In this document: positions 51,920 to 62,347 of the stretch, in pieces
Layout: every line of letters begins with the position of its first letter
Position numbering within the stretch: position 1 is the stretch's first letter
NCBI GenBank assembly: GCA_963749495.1
Contig: CAVVMW010000015.1
Coordinates: 448,001 to 512,000, forward strand
Length of the DNA stretch: 64,000 bases
Source of the DNA: an uncultured bacterium
Lineage (GTDB): Bacteria > Verrucomicrobiota > Verrucomicrobiia > Limisphaerales > UBA8199
Reading direction: 5' to 3'
The notes under the pieces: generated by a model
What the model saw: the letters and a program-made list of their open reading frames with translations, nothing else
The model's database searches: none
What the model was told of the DNA's origin: nothing
Translations under genes and position numbers: made by a program

Positions 51920-53006
51920 CTAGGCGGCCTGCTGGAGCGCGGCGCTCTTGGAGGCGATTACTGCCAGCAGTTCATTCCAGGATTTCACAAACGACTTCGC
52001 GCCCTCGTCCTGCAGTTGAGCAGCCAGAGCGTCCAGGTCGACCCCAGCCCGGGCGAACTGCGCCAAGACGGTTTCACAATCCCCGCCGTCCATGGGCATG
52101 CTGGGGCCGGCCTCGCCGTGATCGGCAAGAGCTTTCAAAGTGGCCTCGGGCATCGTGTTGACCGTGAACGGCGCCGCGAGGGTTTTGATGTATAGCGTGT
52201 CAGACGCCTTCGGGTCCTTGGTTCCGGTGCTGGCCCAGAGCAACCGCTGAGGGACAGCGCCTTCGTTGCACGCGCGCTGCCAGCGTGGCGAACCGAGCAG
52301 GCCCAGGCAGGCCTTGTAGGTTCGGCGGGCAATGGCAATGCCAAGCTGATTGTTCAGCGCCGCCGGCACCTTGCCTGCCACCGCAGCGTCCCAGCGGCTG
52401 ATAAATACTGACGCCACAGAACCGACCTTCGGATTGAGCCCGGCAGCGATACGCCGTTCGACGCCGCGCAGGTGCGCCTCGGCCGCCGCCACGTAATGCT
52501 CGCGAGAAAAAAGGAGTGTCACGTTGACAGGCACGCCCGCAAAAATCGCCTCCTCGATCGCGGGCAGACCTTCCCGGGTGCCGGGAATCTTGATGAACAG
52601 GTTGGGAACGTTTCGCGCGTGCGAAGAGTTCCTTGGCTTCGTCCAGAGTGCTCGTGGTGTCATGCGCCAGGAGCGGTGAGACTTCCAGCGATACCCAGCC
52701 GTCCACGCCATTCGTCCGGTCGTGAACCGGCCGGAACAGGTCGGCGGCTTGGGTAATATCCTCAAGGGCCAGCTCGAAAAAGAGGTTCTCGCTGGATTTC
52801 CCCGTCGCCAAGCCATCGAGAATCGCGCCGTCGTAAGCGCGGCTGGTTTTGATGGCATGATCAAAAATGGTCGGATTCGAGGTCAACCCGGTCACCGACA
52901 GGTCGTCAATGTACCGCTTGAGCGTGCCGTTGTTCAGCAGGTCGCGGGTGATGTTGTCGAGCCAGAGGCTCTGGCCCAGGTTGTGCAGCAGTTGTGTCGC
53001 TTTCAT
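51920..53006 (-). CDS. tal: Transaldolase (frameshift near 52607)
   Basis: GQSLWLD, GLTSNPTIF, VSLEVSP, IKIPGT, NVTLLFS, WASTGTK. Confidence 0.93.
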
Positions 53007-53124
53007 ATTCTTGGCAACACGTCGGGGTCGTCATCCACCGTCCAGATCACCGGCTTGGCCATACCAGTCTCTATCCGCTAACAGTCCCAGTAAGTCAACG
53101 CGAATCCCTGCAGCAGCACGGCCA

Positions 53125-53426
53125 GGGGCGCGTCCCGACCACCGCCCCCGGAGCGCCGGGGACAGCGCCAGGATGCGCCCCAGGGCCGAAGGCCCGCCAT
53201 GTGATAGCCCGGGCTGGAGCGGAGCGGAGGCCCGGGCAAGCCAGCGCCCCTCGAAAAGCCCCGGGCTGTAAGGCCGGGACCTCATGGCGCCCATAGCAGG
53301 GCGCGCCAGATTCTGGCCCGATGACCTGGGCCTCCGCTCGCAAGCTCGCTCCAGCCCAGGCTGTCACATTTCGGGCTTTCAGCCCGGGGACGGGCGCACT
53401 CCGGGGGCAGCGCCAGGATGCGCCCC
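53125..53426. mobile_element. Degenerate MITE related to 46574-46747, with a different nested palindrome
   Basis: Ends GGGGCGCGTCCCGACCACCGCCCCC / GGGGGCAGCGCCAGGATGCGCCCC; shares CCCGGGGACGGGCGCACTCCGGGGGCAG; CACGGCC on both flanks. Confidence 0.65.
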
Positions 53427-53468
53427 ACGGCCGGCCAAACACCCGGTCGCGACCGGGCTGCCGGGAGT

Positions 53469-53507
53469 TGTCACGCATTTGTAACCTGATGGACATGTTC
53501 CTGTAAC
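53469..53507 (+). promoter_or_regulatory. Pho box-like array
   Basis: TGTCAC(53469), TGTAAC(53480), GGACAT(53491), TGTAAC(53502): 11-bp period upstream of phoU-pst. Confidence 0.75.
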
Positions 53508-53573
53508 CGGCGTCCTTCAGTTTGGCCGTGACCGTTCCAAACCGGCGGGAGCCAGTTTGACGGGAGACCCAGA

Positions 53574-54692
53574 TTGAACACACATCCGCATTTGGAAGAG
53601 ACGCTGCAGCGGGACATCGATCTCATCCGCAGCAAGGTCGCCGGGATGGCCGCCCTGAGCGAGCGAGCGATCGAGGCGAGTCTCCAGGCGCTGGCCACGA
53701 GAAACCGGCAGTTGGCCTATTCAATCATTCTTGGGGACCGCTTCATCGATGAACTGGAGACGGAGCTGGATCGGCTTTGCCTGGAGTTCCTGGTTCGCCA
53801 CCAGCCGGCAGCCGGCCACTTGCGGTTTGTCTTTGCGGCCATCCTGATCAACCGGGAACTCGAGCGCATCGGCGATTACGCCGAGAGCATCGCGCGGCAG
53901 GTCCTGGTGGTGAGCACCCTGGAGCCTCAGCCGCCCTACGGCAGGTTCCTCGACCTCGGGAGATTCTCCATACGGATGCTCCGGGAGGCGGTGAGGTCCT
54001 TTCTGGAGCAGGACGCCGAGTTGGCGTCGCGGACGATGCCCCTCGAGGAGCAGGGCAACTCGATGCGCAACTCGATCAACGCGGAGATCAGGGAACTCAT
54101 CGAGTCAAGGAGGCTTCCGGCGGCAAGTGCCGGTCACCTTGCGACCATTGCGCGGCGGCTGGAGCGCGTCACCGATCAGGCCAAAAACCTGTGTGAAGAG
54201 GTGCTCTACATGTGCACCGGAGAGTTCGTCAAACACAGAGGCGCCGAGGAGTGCCGCATCTTGTTTCTTGATTCCAACAACAATTGTCTGGGCCCGATGG
54301 CTGAAGGCCTTGCGAGGGCGATGCGTCTGCCTGGCTTCCTGTTCACCGCCGCCGCAGTTTCCCCCAGGCCGGTGGAGGCGCGAACGGTTCAATTTATGGC
54401 CGGAAAGGACATCGATATTTCCGGGCAGACCACCAGGGCCATCCAGGAGGCCTCGCCCTTGGAGCAGTACCAGGTCATTATCGCCCTGGACGCCAAGGCT
54501 CGGGACGCGCTTCCGCTCCGGCTCGGCAAGACCATCCTTTTCACCTGGCCAATCCAGGACCCTTCCGAGGTGAATGGCGCACCGGAGACCGTGAGGGCCA
54601 CCTTTGAGTCAGCCTGCCAGGCCCTGGAAGCTCAACTCCAGGAGTTGGCCGGAGCAATTCTGCAAGAACCGCACTCGGAACTCAAACCATGA
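53574..54692 (+). CDS. phoU: PhoU fused to a degenerate LMW-PTP/ArsC domain
   Basis: ELERIGDYAESIA and LERVTDQAKNLCE PhoU repeats; C-terminal ILFLDSNNNCLGPMAEG...WPIQDP. Confidence 0.9.
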   Translation: MNTHPHLEETLQRDIDLIRSKVAGMAALSERAIEASLQALATRNRQLAYSIILGDRFIDELETELDRLCLEFLVRHQPAAGHLRFVFAAILINRELERIGDYAESIARQVLVVSTLEPQPPYGRFLDLGRFSIRMLREAVRSFLEQDAELASRTMPLEEQGNSMRNSINAEIRELIESRRLPAASAGHLATIARRLERVTDQAKNLCEEVLYMCTGEFVKHRGAEECRILFLDSNNNCLGPMAEGLARAMRLPGFLFTAAAVSPRPVEARTVQFMAGKDIDISGQTTRAIQEASPLEQYQVIIALDAKARDALPLRLGKTILFTWPIQDPSEVNGAPETVRATFESACQALEAQLQELAGAILQEPHSELKP

Positions 54693-55633
54693 AACATCAC
54701 ACCCGAAAATCAGTCATTCTGAACCTGGGGATAGCCTCGCTGTCCATGTCTGTCTGCCTGCTCCTAACCGGCTGCGACAAGGGAAAGGGCGGCGGCACCA
54801 CAGGAGCCAAAAATGACTCTGGAACCGCCGCGACGAAACCTGTCGAGATCCGCGTTAAAGGGTCGGATACGATGATTCAGGTTGCGACGGCATGGGCGGA
54901 GGCCTATCGCAAAGTGAAACCGAACGTCTTCGTCAATGCCAATGGCGGAGGCAGCGGCACCGGTATCGCCGCGTTGGAAAATAACAATACTGACATCTGT
55001 AATGCCTCACGCGAAATGAAGCCTGAGGAACGCGAAAAGGTAAAAGCAGCCTCCGGCAAGGAGCCGAAGGAGTTCGCAGTGGGTTACGACGCCCTGGCCG
55101 TGTACGCGCATCCTTCCAATCCGATCAAGGAGATCTCCATTGAGGAACTCCGCGAGATCTGGGCCGAGGGCGGGGCGACGACCACTTGGGAGCAAGTGAA
55201 CCCGGCATTCCGAGGCAAGATTGTGTTGTTCGGCCGTCAAAATAGCTCCGGCACGTATGATTATTTTCGCGAGCACATTTGCGGCAAGACTGCGGACAAA
55301 AAGCAGCGCGAGTTCCGCGGCGGGATTAGCGAGATGAATGGTTCGGCGGAGGTGGTCGAGAACGTTGCGCGCACGCCTTCCGGCCTGGGCTACAGCGGGA
55401 TGGGTTACAAGACACCCGCCGTAAACTGGCTGAAGATTTCCACGAAGAAAGGCGAACCGGGCGTGGAGCCGGGGGTCGAGGCCGCTCGCGCGGGCAAGTA
55501 CCCGATCTCGCGCAAACTCTATATGTACACCGCCGGCGAACCGCAAGGGGAGATCAAGGCATTCATTGACTGGGTCCTATCGCCGGTCGGCCAGGAGATC
55601 GTGGCGAAAGAGGGTTTCGTGCCACTCCAGTAG
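54689..55633 (+). CDS. pstS: Phosphate ABC transporter substrate-binding lipoprotein
   Basis: Lipobox LTGC, KGSDTM, GGGSGTG, SSGTYDYF, YPISR. Confidence 0.95.
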   Translation: MKHHTRKSVILNLGIASLSMSVCLLLTGCDKGKGGGTTGAKNDSGTAATKPVEIRVKGSDTMIQVATAWAEAYRKVKPNVFVNANGGGSGTGIAALENNNTDICNASREMKPEEREKVKAASGKEPKEFAVGYDALAVYAHPSNPIKEISIEELREIWAEGGATTTWEQVNPAFRGKIVLFGRQNSSGTYDYFREHICGKTADKKQREFRGGISEMNGSAEVVENVARTPSGLGYSGMGYKTPAVNWLKISTKKGEPGVEPGVEAARAGKYPISRKLYMYTAGEPQGEIKAFIDWVLSPVGQEIVAKEGFVPLQ

Positions 55634-55635
55634 CG

Positions 55636-56709
55636 ATGGTCATGCGCAGAGCGCCGGCTGAGCGCCCGAAAGCGGCCGCCGAGTTGCCGATCATCACCCG
55701 GCTGCCTGGACCTATGCCGAAAGAGGACTCCTCGAACGCGCGTCGCAGATTCAACCTGCTCGATGCGCTCGAGAAACCGACCGAGTGGCTCCTCCGCCTG
55801 TGCGGCTGGAGCGGCATCCTGGCGGTGGCGGCCATTTTCCTGTTCATCTTTAAAGAAGCCGCCCCGATGGTGCCGAAGCTGGACTGGGTGCATTTCTTCA
55901 CCAGTCCACGCTGGATTCCCGCGCCCGGCAGCGGCAACCCTCCCAGTTTCGGCGCGCTGGCGCTGATAGTGGGCACTCTGACCACGACTTCCATCGCACT
56001 GGTCATCGCGGTGCCGGTCGGACTGGGGGCCGCCATTTACATCTCTGAGTTTGCCCGGGGCAAAGTCAAGGAGACGCTGAAGGTCCTCATTGAGATGCTC
56101 GCAGCCATTCCGTCCATTGTCTGGGGTTTCATCGGGTTGATGGTTCTGGGGCCAATCATCAAAGGCATCTTCACCGCCGAGGCTGGAAGTTGGTGGGGCC
56201 ACGTGATGGTCGCGCTCCACCTTGCCAGCAGCGAGACTGGCGCCGCCCAGGGCACGAACCTGCTGACTGGCGGCATCGTCCTGGCTTTGATGAGCGTGCC
56301 GTTGATTGTGTCGCTCTCGGAGGACGCTCTCCGGGCCGTGCCGGATTCCTTTCGCGAGGCGGCGCTGGCGCTGGGGGCAAATCCATGGGAGATGGTGTGC
56401 CGGGTGCTCTTCCCCGCCGCGCGCAACGGGGTGCTGGCGGCCTGCATGCTGGGCATGGGACGGGCCATCGGCGAAACGATGGCCGTGCTGCTTGCCGCCG
56501 GCCATAGCAATCGCATCCCGGCCGTGCTCACCGACCCTGTCCGGACCATGACTGCCACCATTGCCGCCGAGATGGGCGAAGCCGCGAACGGGAGTGACCA
56601 CTACCGGGTTTTGTTTATTTTGGGCATCGTGCTCTTCGTCATCACGTGCAGCATTAATGTGGCCGCCGACCTGATTGTGAAGGGTGTGAGGAACCAGGAC
56701 CAGGCATGA
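55636..56709 (+). CDS. pstC: Phosphate ABC permease PstC
   Basis: EMLAAIPSIVWG, REAALALGA, GRAIGETMAV. Confidence 0.95.
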   Translation: MVMRRAPAERPKAAAELPIITRLPGPMPKEDSSNARRRFNLLDALEKPTEWLLRLCGWSGILAVAAIFLFIFKEAAPMVPKLDWVHFFTSPRWIPAPGSGNPPSFGALALIVGTLTTTSIALVIAVPVGLGAAIYISEFARGKVKETLKVLIEMLAAIPSIVWGFIGLMVLGPIIKGIFTAEAGSWWGHVMVALHLASSETGAAQGTNLLTGGIVLALMSVPLIVSLSEDALRAVPDSFREAALALGANPWEMVCRVLFPAARNGVLAACMLGMGRAIGETMAVLLAAGHSNRIPAVLTDPVRTMTATIAAEMGEAANGSDHYRVLFILGIVLFVITCSINVAADLIVKGVRNQDQA

Positions 56710-57687
56710 ACACCACTGCAAGACCGGTCGCCGCCCCGGCCAATCCCTTCGCTCCGAGCCGATTCGAGCGCCGCAAGGCCCGCCGGGCCAACCGCAACAA
56801 ATGGGCCCTGTTCGCGTGTTGCATGCTGTTGGTGATTCCCGTGGTTGCGATCCTGGTGTATATCTTTGTGCGGGCGGCGCCGGTCCTCTCGTTCGACTAT
56901 GTTCTGGCAGAATCCCTCCAACAAAGGAAAGGAGGGTGGGCTGTGGGCGCCACTGGCGGGCACCTTCGCCCTGGTAGTCGGCTCGCTGACCTTCGTGGCG
57001 CCGGTGGGCATCCTGGCCGCCATTTACCTCAATGAGTATGCGCGCGAAGGCTGGCTGAAGCGTCTCATCAGCATCACGGTGACCACGCTCGCTGGCGTGC
57101 CGAGCATTGTGCACGGGCTTTTCGGAGTGGGCGCGTTCGTGTTGGGCCTGCTGCCCGCCCTCAATCATTTGCTGGCCGACCCTCGGAACCCGGGCACCAG
57201 ATGGCAGGCTGGGCTGCTGACCGCCTCCATGACTATCGCCGTCATGACGCTGCCAGTGATTATCACGGCTTCCCGCGAAGCCTTGGGCGCAGTGCCGCAT
57301 CCCTTCCGAGAGGCGTGCTGGAACCTTGGCGCCACTCGGTGGCAGACCATCCGCACCATCGTCCTGCCCAATTCCTTGGGCGGGATCCTGACGGGCGTCA
57401 TTCTGGAGATTTGCCGCGCCGCGGGCGAGACGGCTCCCATTCTCTTCACCGGCGCTACCTTCTTCAAATTCGTTGCTGACCAGGGCTGGGGCAAAGTGTT
57501 TCCCTACGGCCTCCGTGAGCCGTTCATGGCGATGGCGATGCACCTGCACGTGATCTCCAGCCAGATTTCGCAAATGCCCGAGGGGATGAAGTTCGGGTGC
57601 GCAGCGGTGCTCATCGGCCTCATCTTGTTCATCAACAGCTTCGCCATCGCGCTCCGGGTTTGGCTGCGTGGCCGCAAACGCTGGTAG
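56706..57687 (+). CDS. pstA: Phosphate ABC permease PstA (frameshift near 56903)
   Basis: AIYLNEYA, LAGVPSIVHGLFG, RAAGETAP. Confidence 0.92.
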
Positions 57688-57693
57688 CGGCGC

Positions 57694-58458
57694 ATGAGCG
57701 ATCCCCACCCTCACATCGAATTTCGTCGCGTTTCCGCCTTTTACGGCTCGAAGCAGGTGCTGCGGGACGTGAGCTTTGGCGTGCAGCGGAACACCGCTTT
57801 TGGGATCATTGGCCCCGCCAACTCGGGCAAGACGACCCTGCTCAAGGCCATCAACCGAACCCTCGATTTCGTGGGCGGCGCGCGTGTCAACGGCCAGGTG
57901 CTCGTCAACGGCGAGGATGTTGTCGCCATGCGCAACCCGAACGAGCTGCGCCGGCGCATCGGCATGGTATTCCCGCTGCCGGTTGGGCTGCCCTTGACCA
58001 TTTATGAGAATGTGGCCTATGCCCCCCGTCGCATGGGGATCGCTGACAAAGCGCAACTGGATGAAATCGTCGAACGTTCCCTGCGCCAAGCGGTCCTCTG
58101 GGATGAAGTGAAGGACCGCCTGGGCACGCTGGGCACGCGGCTTTCGGGTGGCCAGCAACAGCGGCTCACCCTGGCACGCGCCCTCTCGCTTTCCCCAGAG
58201 ATCCTCTGCCTGGACGAATTCAGCATCGCCATTGACCCGGTCACCACCATGCGCATTGAGGAGGTGCTTAAAGAGTTGAAGCGGACCATCACCATCGTGC
58301 TGGTCACGAACCTGGTCCAGCAAGCCCGTCGCCTGGCCGACCAAACCATGTTTCTTTGGAATGGAGAAATCGTCGAACTCGACCGGACCGACATCATTTT
58401 CTCCGACCAGCCGGCCAATCGAAAAACGTACGATTACGTCAATGGCATCTTCGGATGA
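57694..58458 (+). CDS. pstB: Phosphate ABC ATPase PstB1
   Basis: GPANSGKT, LSGGQQQRL, LCLDEFSIAIDP, LVTN, Y..G.FG. Confidence 0.92.
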   Translation: MSDPHPHIEFRRVSAFYGSKQVLRDVSFGVQRNTAFGIIGPANSGKTTLLKAINRTLDFVGGARVNGQVLVNGEDVVAMRNPNELRRRIGMVFPLPVGLPLTIYENVAYAPRRMGIADKAQLDEIVERSLRQAVLWDEVKDRLGTLGTRLSGGQQQRLTLARALSLSPEILCLDEFSIAIDPVTTMRIEEVLKELKRTITIVLVTNLVQQARRLADQTMFLWNGEIVELDRTDIIFSDQPANRKTYDYVNGIFG

Positions 58459-59232
58459 GCGACCTCGCCGGCCATAGCATTACCACGCGCAGCCTCAACC
58501 TCTGGTATGGCAAGTTCCAGGCGCTCATCAATGTTACCCTCGACATTAAGGACGGCCTGATCACGTCCCTGATCGGCCCCTCCGGTTGCGGCAAGACCAC
58601 GTTGCTGCGCTGCTTCAATCGGTTGAACGAGCGGTACGGTTACGTGACGACTAACGGCGAAATCAAAATCCTTGGCAAGAATATCTATGACCCGGATGTG
58701 TCCCTGATCGAGCTGCGCAAGGCCGTCGGCATGGTTTTCCAGCGGCCCAATCCGTTGCCGATTTCAGTTTACGAGAATGTGGTGTTTGGCCTGCGGGTCC
58801 ATAGTGAACGGCGGGAGTTCAAGCGCTCGCTGCTCGACACTGCGGTCGAGACCGCGCTCACGGAAGTCGGCCTGTGGGGAGATCTCAAGGATCGGCTGGG
58901 TGCCAAAGCCACCACCCTCCAGCTCGAACAGCAGCAGAAACTCTGCATCGCCCGGCTCTTGCCCCTCAAGCCCCGAGTCATCCTGATGGACGAACCCTGC
59001 TCCGCCCTCGACGTGGAAGGCACCCGGGCCATCGAGGAGCTCGATCTTCGGCCTCAAAGGGCGCTACACGATCTTGATCGTCACGCACAACATGGCCCAG
59101 GCCCGCCGCGCCAGCGACGAGTGCATCTTCATGCTGCTCGGGGAGATGATCGAGCACCGCCGCACCGGGGAACTCTTCCTGACTCCAAAGCATCCCAAGA
59201 CCGCAGAGTATATCGAGGGACGGTATGGCTGA
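58455..59232 (+). CDS. pstB: Phosphate ABC ATPase PstB2 (frameshift near 59043)
   Basis: GPSGCGKT, MVFQRPNP, LQLEQQQKL, LMDEPCSALD, IVTHN (next frame), YIEGRYG. Confidence 0.9.
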
Positions 59233-59435
59233 GGTACTGGGCGGCGTTTTCCCGGACCGACACCTTGTCTTTGTCCACGGCCCAGACCAACGGTGCGCAG
59301 CCCTCAAGACGAACCAAACTATGGTTTGGGCGAGCCCTGGGGAAAGCGCAATGAGGAAATGGAGGGTTTTCCCGTTGCTGACGCCCAAACCGAATCGCAC
59401 CAGTCCCGATGATGGCAGTTGCGGTCTGCCCATGC

Positions 59436-59891
59436 TTAGTGTTGGGAGGCGTGGGCCTCCAGAGTGTGAGTCAGGTACTCCTCGCTCATCTGCTTGTCCC
59501 CGTGCTCCGGGTTGGGGATGAGCTTCCGGCTTTGTGGGTCCACGACGAGGTCGAGATATTCCAGCGGAATCTGGCCCAGGAGATTGGGCACATCGTCGTC
59601 CATTTCCACCACCTCGAATACGCCGTTGCGGCCCATAAGTTCCAAGCGCACTGGCTCGAAGACCGCGCGGCGACGCACGCCATTCGTGGTCTTGGATTGC
59701 ACTTCGCTTTCCTTGTGCAGGCCCAGCGCCTTGATGAGGCTGGACTGGACGTAAAGCCGCGTGGCTCCGGTGTCCACCAGCGCCTCGGCTTCGACGGTGC
59801 GGGGTTTCGCCCTGGACAGTTTACGACGGGCGGCAACCAAGTCTCCCTGGTTGGTCAGCTTGATTTTGACGACGACTTTACCCACGTGCAA
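59436..59891 (-). CDS. Clan AA (retroviral-like) aspartyl protease
   Basis: ALVDTGAT, LLGQIPLEYLDLVVDP. Confidence 0.85.
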   Translation of the reverse strand: MHVGKVVVKIKLTNQGDLVAARRKLSRAKPRTVEAEALVDTGATRLYVQSSLIKALGLHKESEVQSKTTNGVRRRAVFEPVRLELMGRNGVFEVVEMDDDVPNLLGQIPLEYLDLVVDPQSRKLIPNPEHGDKQMSEEYLTHTLEAHASQH

Positions 59892-59942
59892 ATTGTGCGC
59901 GATCCAAGCAGACGGCGCAAGGACAGAATATTACGCAACGGT

Positions 59943-59959
59943 TGTCACCTGATTGTAAC
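59943..59959 (+). promoter_or_regulatory. Pho box-like site
   Basis: TGTCAC-CTGAT-TGTAAC, 52 bp upstream of ATG 60012. Confidence 0.6.
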
Positions 59960-60011
59960 GTGTCCTCCGTTGAAACGCAGCAGAGCGGGGGTACGCTTGC
60001 ACCATGTGGCT

Positions 60012-60420
60012 ATGAAAACCGTCTTTGAAGGCGAGGACCGCCAGGCCCTTGGACGGCACGGGTTGCCCGGTAACGAGCCTGGCTGGGGATCGGCAATAAC
60101 GGACCGCAGCAGACGCGGCGAGGCCCGGACGGATCGCGACGCACCCACTGTAATTGAGGTCACCGCGGAGGTCGGGCGCGGCGACTCGATCTTCGTTCGC
60201 GGCCAGGGGGGTGGCCTGCGCTGGGACAGGGGCCGCCGGCTGGCGTGCACAGGTCCGGAGCACTGGATTTGGTGGGCCAGCGGACCGCACGAGGACATCG
60301 AATTCCAACTCTTGCTCAACGACCAGATCTGGCTCGTGGAAAAAACCTGGTCCTTGGAGCCGGCGAGAGATCCAAGTGTCTCCCGATTTCGAGTGGCCGG
60401 AGATTCCCCGCACTGCTTAG
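60012..60420 (+). CDS. Small CBM20-like beta-sandwich protein (3' end frameshifted)
   Basis: TVIEVTAEVGRGDSIFVRGQGGGLRWDRG...W...IEFQLLLNDQIW. Confidence 0.6.
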
Positions 60421-60429
60421 CGTGCCGGC

Positions 60430-60790
60430 CAACGGTCTCCTTCACTTGGCCGATCAGGGATTTGACGCTGAAAGGCTTGATGACGTAGGCATCCGCTCCG
60501 GCTTCCAACCCGGCAAGGCGGGAGAGTTGGCTGGTCAGGGCCGTCACAATGATGATGGGGATCGAGGCCGTGGCCGGGTCGCGCCTCAGGATCTCGCAGA
60601 CGGCGAATCCGTCAAGCTCCGGGAGCATCAGGTCCAGGAGAACAAGGTCCGGCAGCAGCGAGCGGGCCTTCTTGAGGGCCTCGATGCCATCCGTAGCGGT
60701 TCCCACGCGAAAGCCGGCCCCCTTGAGGCTGAACCGGAGCAGTTCAACCATATCGGCGTCGTCCTCCACCACCAGAATTCTCTTTTGCAC
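60430..60790 (-). CDS. Response regulator receiver domain (PhoB/OmpR-like receiver, no clear DNA-binding domain)
   Basis: ILVVEDD, LLDLMLP, IIVTA, YVIKPFS; 3' end uncertain. Confidence 0.82.
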
Positions 60791-60835
60791 TCTGTTCTGC
60801 TTATCACGAGAATAATGAAGCCGGAGGACAAAGAG

Positions 60836-60852
60836 GTTACGATCCCGTGACA
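60836..60852 (-). promoter_or_regulatory. Pho box-like site
   Basis: Minus strand TGTCAC-GGGAT-CGTAAC, upstream of the receiver gene. Confidence 0.55.
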
Positions 60853-60912
60853 TCGCCGCAGGACTCCGAAGCGGCTGCGATTAGAAGCGGCGGGCATGCG
60901 CCTCGGGAGTTT

Positions 60913-61100
60913 TGTCCCGGAGGGACATGTGACAATAGCCCGGCGTTTCAACGCCGGGGAGGCGACAAAAGGGACCCTCGTCCCGAAGGGACGACTGAGA
61001 ACACTCCGTGCTTTCAGCCGTCCCTTCGGGACGGACCTGCGCCTGGGGTCCGCTCACCCGGCGTTGAAACGCCGGGCTATTGTCGGAAGCCCCTTCGGGG
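60913..61100. repeat. REP-like long palindrome
   Basis: GACAATAGCCCGGCGTTTCAACGCCGGG / CCCGGCGTTGAAACGCCGGGCTATTGTC. Confidence 0.85.
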
Positions 61101-61130
61101 CAAAAAGGCGCCGTGGGCTGACCGACAGTT

Positions 61131-62273
61131 TTAATCGCACCCCCCCGAAGCCCCGCATGGCGGTTTCATTTCCTTCATCACTCGCTGAATCGCGCTGACG
61201 AGTTGCTCGATGTCCGCGGGGAAGAGCCTGCCAATGCAGCCAATCCGGAAGGTGTCCACCCGCGTCAGCTTGCCCGGGTAGATAATGAATCCCCTCTCGC
61301 TGAGTCTGCGGTAGAAGCTGGGAAAGTCGAAGTCCGCGGCCGGATAATGGAAGGCCGTGATGACGTGGCTCTGCACGGTGGGATCGAGCAGAGGGCGAAA
61401 GCCCAGCCGCCTCATGCCGGCCAGGAGCGCCTCATGGTTCCGGCGGTAACGCTCGCTGCGGGCGGTAATGCCGCCCTCCAGTTCGAGTTCGCGCAGGGCC
61501 TGGTCAAAGGCCAGGATGGCATGGGTCGGCGGCGTGAAGCGGAACTGGCCGTTCTTCTCGAAGCCAATCAGTTGGTCCAGCAGGTCGAGGCTGAGGCTGC
61601 GGGCAAGACCCTGGCTGCGCAAGAGCAGCTCGCGCCTGGCAAAGACGAAGGAGAACCCGGGCACGCCCTCGATGCACTTGTTGGCCGAGGAGACCAGGAA
61701 ATCAACGCCGCCGGCGGCGAAGTCGATCGGCATCCCGCCGAAGCTGCTCATGGCGTCCACGAGGAAGACCTTGCCGTGGCGCCGGACCACGCGGCCGATG
61801 GGTTCGATGGGATTGAGAACGCCCGTTGTGGTTTCACAATGCACCGCCGCCACGTGGGTGATCGCCGGATCGCCCGCGAGGCATGCCTCGACGGCCTTCG
61901 GGTCGAGCGCGGTGTCTTCGGGAGCACGGGCGATAACGTGGCCAATGCGCGCGCGCTCGAGCATCTGCGCCATGCGCTGGCCGTAGGCGCCATTGACCAG
62001 GACGGCAACCTTGCCCTCCGGCGGCACGCACGTCTGAAAGACCGCTTCGACGCCAAAGGTGCCGCTGCCCTGGAGCAACACGACCTCCCAGCCGCCCTCA
62101 CGGTCGAGGCCGGCGAGCCTGAGCAACCGCTCGCGCACGCTGGCGACAATCGCGTTGAACTCGGAGTCCCAGGAACCGGCGTCGCGCAGCATGGCCTGTT
62201 TGACGCTCAGGCTCGTGGTCAATGGTCCGGGCGTAAAGAGCAACTTGTCCCGGGCGGGAGGCAGCGTGTTCAT
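61131..62273 (-). CDS. phnW: 2-aminoethylphosphonate-pyruvate transaminase
   Basis: TPGPLTT, QGSGTF, VHCETTTG, DAMSSFG, SSANKCIEGVPG, QFRFTPPTH, IYPGKL. Confidence 0.95.
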   Translation of the reverse strand: MNTLPPARDKLLFTPGPLTTSLSVKQAMLRDAGSWDSEFNAIVASVRERLLRLAGLDREGGWEVVLLQGSGTFGVEAVFQTCVPPEGKVAVLVNGAYGQRMAQMLERARIGHVIARAPEDTALDPKAVEACLAGDPAITHVAAVHCETTTGVLNPIEPIGRVVRRHGKVFLVDAMSSFGGMPIDFAAGGVDFLVSSANKCIEGVPGFSFVFARRELLLRSQGLARSLSLDLLDQLIGFEKNGQFRFTPPTHAILAFDQALRELELEGGITARSERYRRNHEALLAGMRRLGFRPLLDPTVQSHVITAFHYPAADFDFPSFYRRLSERGFIIYPGKLTRVDTFRIGCIGRLFPADIEQLVSAIQRVMKEMKPPCGASGGCD

Positions 62274-62347
62274 GCTGGGAAAGCCTCACTTAGCGGTTGC
62301 GAATGCATTGTGGCTAGGAACGGTTAGGGGCCACGAGGGCGCGAAGC

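Noticed and set aside
59945..60430. C-terminal extension of the response regulator ORF
   Set aside because: Antisense to the CBM20-like gene and has no winged-helix features.
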